A DNA stretch of 36,263 bases, from IMG/VR virus record IMGVR_UViG_3300034418_007203, positions 1 through 36,263 of that record. One strand, 5' to 3'. The notes under the pieces are model-generated. The model did not search any database, had not been told where the DNA came from, and worked only from the letters and a program-made list of their open reading frames with translations. The position numbers and the translations under genes were made by a program. Below, piece by piece: positions 34,315 to 36,263 of this stretch; position 1 is the stretch's first letter, and each line of letters starts with the position of its first letter. The DNA comes from a virus. Taxonomy: Duplodnaviria > Caudoviricetes.

Positions 34315-36263
34315 TTAGGCGTTAGGAGTGTAGTACCTAAAGAACTTCTTCTCGTTAAAATTAACCTTCATTTCTTTCTTCTTTGCTTTTTGAGCTCCAA
34401 GGAGCGCCAGGCCAGAACTGATGGTCAAGTCAAACTTAGTTCTCTTCTCAATCTTGTAGCCGATCCAATCCTCTAGGGTCCTGTTGAATAGCATTTGCCC
34501 CATCTCTCCAGATTCTGCTCTCACACCTACGTGATCGTGTATATAAGCTTCGATAGCTTGAGCATGAGACTGAATCACATCCTGAGAGTTCGAGGGGATA
34601 CCCTTAGTTCGGACGTTACTTGAAGAATTAGGATTCTTGAGGTGTTCTGGGCGATCCATTAAGTAACCGTCGTAACCTCTTGATTCAAAGTATCTTGCAA
34701 TCCCGTACTTGTTGTTTTCTATAAGCAGTGGATAGCCGTAGAAGAACGCACACATCAAGACGTCTTCGTAAAAAATACTAGCTAGGTCTGGACGAGAAGC
34801 GTACTCTACAACAAACATGTTAGCGGGTGCATCCATGCTAAACTTATTGTACATATGTAGCGCACCCTTCGAGCCCCTCCCATCTACCGTAGCATCAAGA
34901 TCATAGGAGTCAACCCCGCCTACCCCTATATGTGCGTTAGGAGCTATGCGTTTCCCCCGTTCGTCCGCCTTCTTATTCCTGAGGTGATCAGGCGGCAACC
35001 AAGCCACACGGAACCTACCGTTTGGGTCTGGGGAAAAGACGACTTCTTCGTCCTTGACCCTCCAGACGAAATTCCCTTGCACTACGGGATTTGGGTACAG
35101 GTTGTCGTTATATTCAATCTGCTGGTATATCTTACCTATGTTAAAGAGACTGCCTTCTATGCTGTCCCTAAATGCCTCGTCTTCGGTAAACGGGAACTGC
35201 CTGATAATTTCGTTGAGCTCTGAAGGATCATCCTTAAAGGAATGTCGCTCATTCTTTAGATACTTACGACTCCCCTGGTCTACAACCTCACCGTCAACTC
35301 CAATGATTTCTTTTTCTGGATCGTCTACAACAGCATTCCCGTACTGATCAAAGAAACCTTCTAGCGCTTCGTAAGCTGGGATGAAGATTCTGTACAGACC
35401 CGACCTTGTTCTTCCGTTGTTGTTTCGCTCGTTAGGGTCGGAATCCTGCCACAATCCCTTGTATTCTTCCCCGCCTTTATCCATAGGGTTTACCGTGCTC
35501 CCTACCAGCGCTTTACCTACTACTCGCTTACCAACGATAAGGCATGTGCGCTCGATACGCCATGCCTCACGGATGTCAGTAGGTTTCTCCCATTTGCCAG
35601 CCTCATCGAGGTACAGCATGTGGAGCTTCTCGCCATCGTATGCGTTGTTCGTGGTGTTCTTCCAGTTGATTACGCTGTTGAGGGCGTCTCCTCTCTGGGA
35701 TGTCTTATTGTTCTTCGTGATTCGCTTCGATGGCTCACGAAAAGCCAGCTCCATACGAGGGTTGGTAGTACCGTCCTGGATGGGCTTGAAGAAGAAGGGG
35801 TAGCCTCTAAAAATAGAGACTACTTTCTTCATAAAGATATTTTCTTGCGCGTCTTTACCAGTCTTCGACTGAATCCCCAAAAGCTTCTCTTTAACTTGGC
35901 TAGCTTCGTCAACAAGGACAGCAGAGCATACATTAGTGTAGCCAGAACGACGACACTTAGTATATAGCTGACCGAAACAACGGGGATCAGCTTCGCAAGC
36001 AGCCATGTGGAGAAAGATTTCTCTTTGGAAAGCGAGGTATGATGGATATCCGATATCAATTTTAGACCATTGTAGAAACATATAGTGTCTCCCTGTAATA
36101 TACGTAGGTTCCCCATTATTGTAAAACCACACACCGTCGCGCCTACGCTGAAACTCTTGTTCGATGTAAGCACGAAACTTCTTTCGAAACTCGGAAGGCT
36201 TTTCGAGCCACTCATCCATACTGCGAATCCTTTGCAGCTCTTCAGGCATAGCGATGCGTTGCC
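34315..36263 (-). CDS. terL: Terminase large subunit (>=644 aa; probably 5'-truncated by the window)
   Basis: YITGRHYMFL, Walker A-like KCRRSGYT, Walker B LYLDEAGK, motif III GSTVN, and RNase H-like nuclease motifs GGVDSYD, LIENN and KFDLTIS. The frame stays open upstream of ATG 36249 to the window edge (..QRIAMPEE). Confidence 0.93.
   Translation of the reverse strand, partial: QRIAMPEELQRIRSMDEWLEKPSEFRKKFRAYIEQEFQRRRDGVWFYNNGEPTYITGRHYMFLQWSKIDIGYPSYLAFQREIFLHMAACEADPRCFGQLYTKCRRSGYTNVCSAVLVDEASQVKEKLLGIQSKTGKDAQENIFMKKVVSIFRGYPFFFKPIQDGTTNPRMELAFREPSKRITKNNKTSQRGDALNSVINWKNTTNNAYDGEKLHMLYLDEAGKWEKPTDIREAWRIERTCLIVGKRVVGKALVGSTVNPMDKGGEEYKGLWQDSDPNERNNNGRTRSGLYRIFIPAYEALEGFFDQYGNAVVDDPEKEIIGVDGEVVDQGSRKYLKNERHSFKDDPSELNEIIRQFPFTEDEAFRDSIEGSLFNIGKIYQQIEYNDNLYPNPVVQGNFVWRVKDEEVVFSPDPNGRFRVAWLPPDHLRNKKADERGKRIAPNAHIGVGGVDSYDLDATVDGRGSKGALHMYNKFSMDAPANMFVVEYASRPDLASIFYEDVLMCAFFYGYPLLIENNKYGIARYFESRGYDGYLMDRPEHLKNPNSSSNVRTKGIPSNSQDVIQSHAQAIEAYIHDHVGVRAESGEMGQMLFNRTLEDWIGYKIEKRTKFDLTISSGLALLGAQKAKKKEMKVNFNEKKFFRYYTPNA

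Larger units (their letters stand above)
1..36263 (-). mobile_element. Tailed dsDNA bacteriophage genome segment (virion structure/packaging module; crAss-like/marine Flavobacteria-phage-like podovirus)
   Basis: Co-oriented, tightly packed genes in the order terminase-portal-fibres-scaffold-MCP-ring proteins-tail protein-ejection proteins. No tape measure, sheath, integrase or host housekeeping genes are seen. Bacteroidota-type TAnnTTTG motifs are present and there are no obvious Shine-Dalgarno sites. Confidence 0.93.

Noticed and set aside
34299-34316. Hairpin TAAACC-CCCCTA-GGTTTA after the terminase stop as a terminator
   Set aside because: The stem is short and AT-rich with a weak U tract, and it overlaps the degenerate promoter copy. 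Support is insufficient.
31849-36215. Plus-strand and alternate-frame ORFs overlapping portal and terminase (e.g. 32516..33100, 33338..33883, 35381..35803)
   Set aside because: They are fully nested in well-supported essential genes and have no protein-like motifs.
1-36263. Stop-codon reassignment as in some crAss-like phages
   Set aside because: Genes are full length under the standard code. TAA, TGA and at least one TAG serve as stops, and no core gene is fragmented.
1-36263. tRNA, rRNA, CRISPR array, introns or inteins in terminase/portal/MCP
   Set aside because: Intergenic gaps are all under about 75 nt and explained by promoters or terminators. No repeat-spacer arrays were seen, and the core genes are uninterrupted with no intein-like motifs noticed.

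Overview
The whole window is a segment of a tailed dsDNA phage genome. It holds the virion morphogenesis region of a podovirus-like phage that most resembles crAss-like/marine Flavobacteria phages. All credible genes lie on the minus strand and use the standard genetic code. In transcription order (right to left) the genes are: terminase large subunit (5' end probably cut by the window edge), portal, a fibre adaptor, two fibre proteins, three LamG/ConA-like lectin paralogs, and a self-contained accessory unit (four small very basic proteins, an HNH-like nuclease, an LpxD-like acyltransferase and a PIG-L/LmbE deacetylase). These are followed by a scaffold-like protein, the major capsid protein, head-tail ring proteins, a 1553-aa tail protein, two probable ejection proteins, and a giant ORF of at least 2556 aa (7669 to <1). 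The giant ORF is missing from the ORF track because it runs off the window; it has an HExxH zincin motif and an LPD38-like C-terminal region. Six intergenic copies of TAT(A/C)TTTGC match the Bacteroidota -7 promoter element TAnnTTTG, which points to a Bacteroidota host. Three of these sit exactly 3 nt before an ATG, suggesting leaderless mRNAs. All family assignments come from motif recognition by eye, not from database searches.
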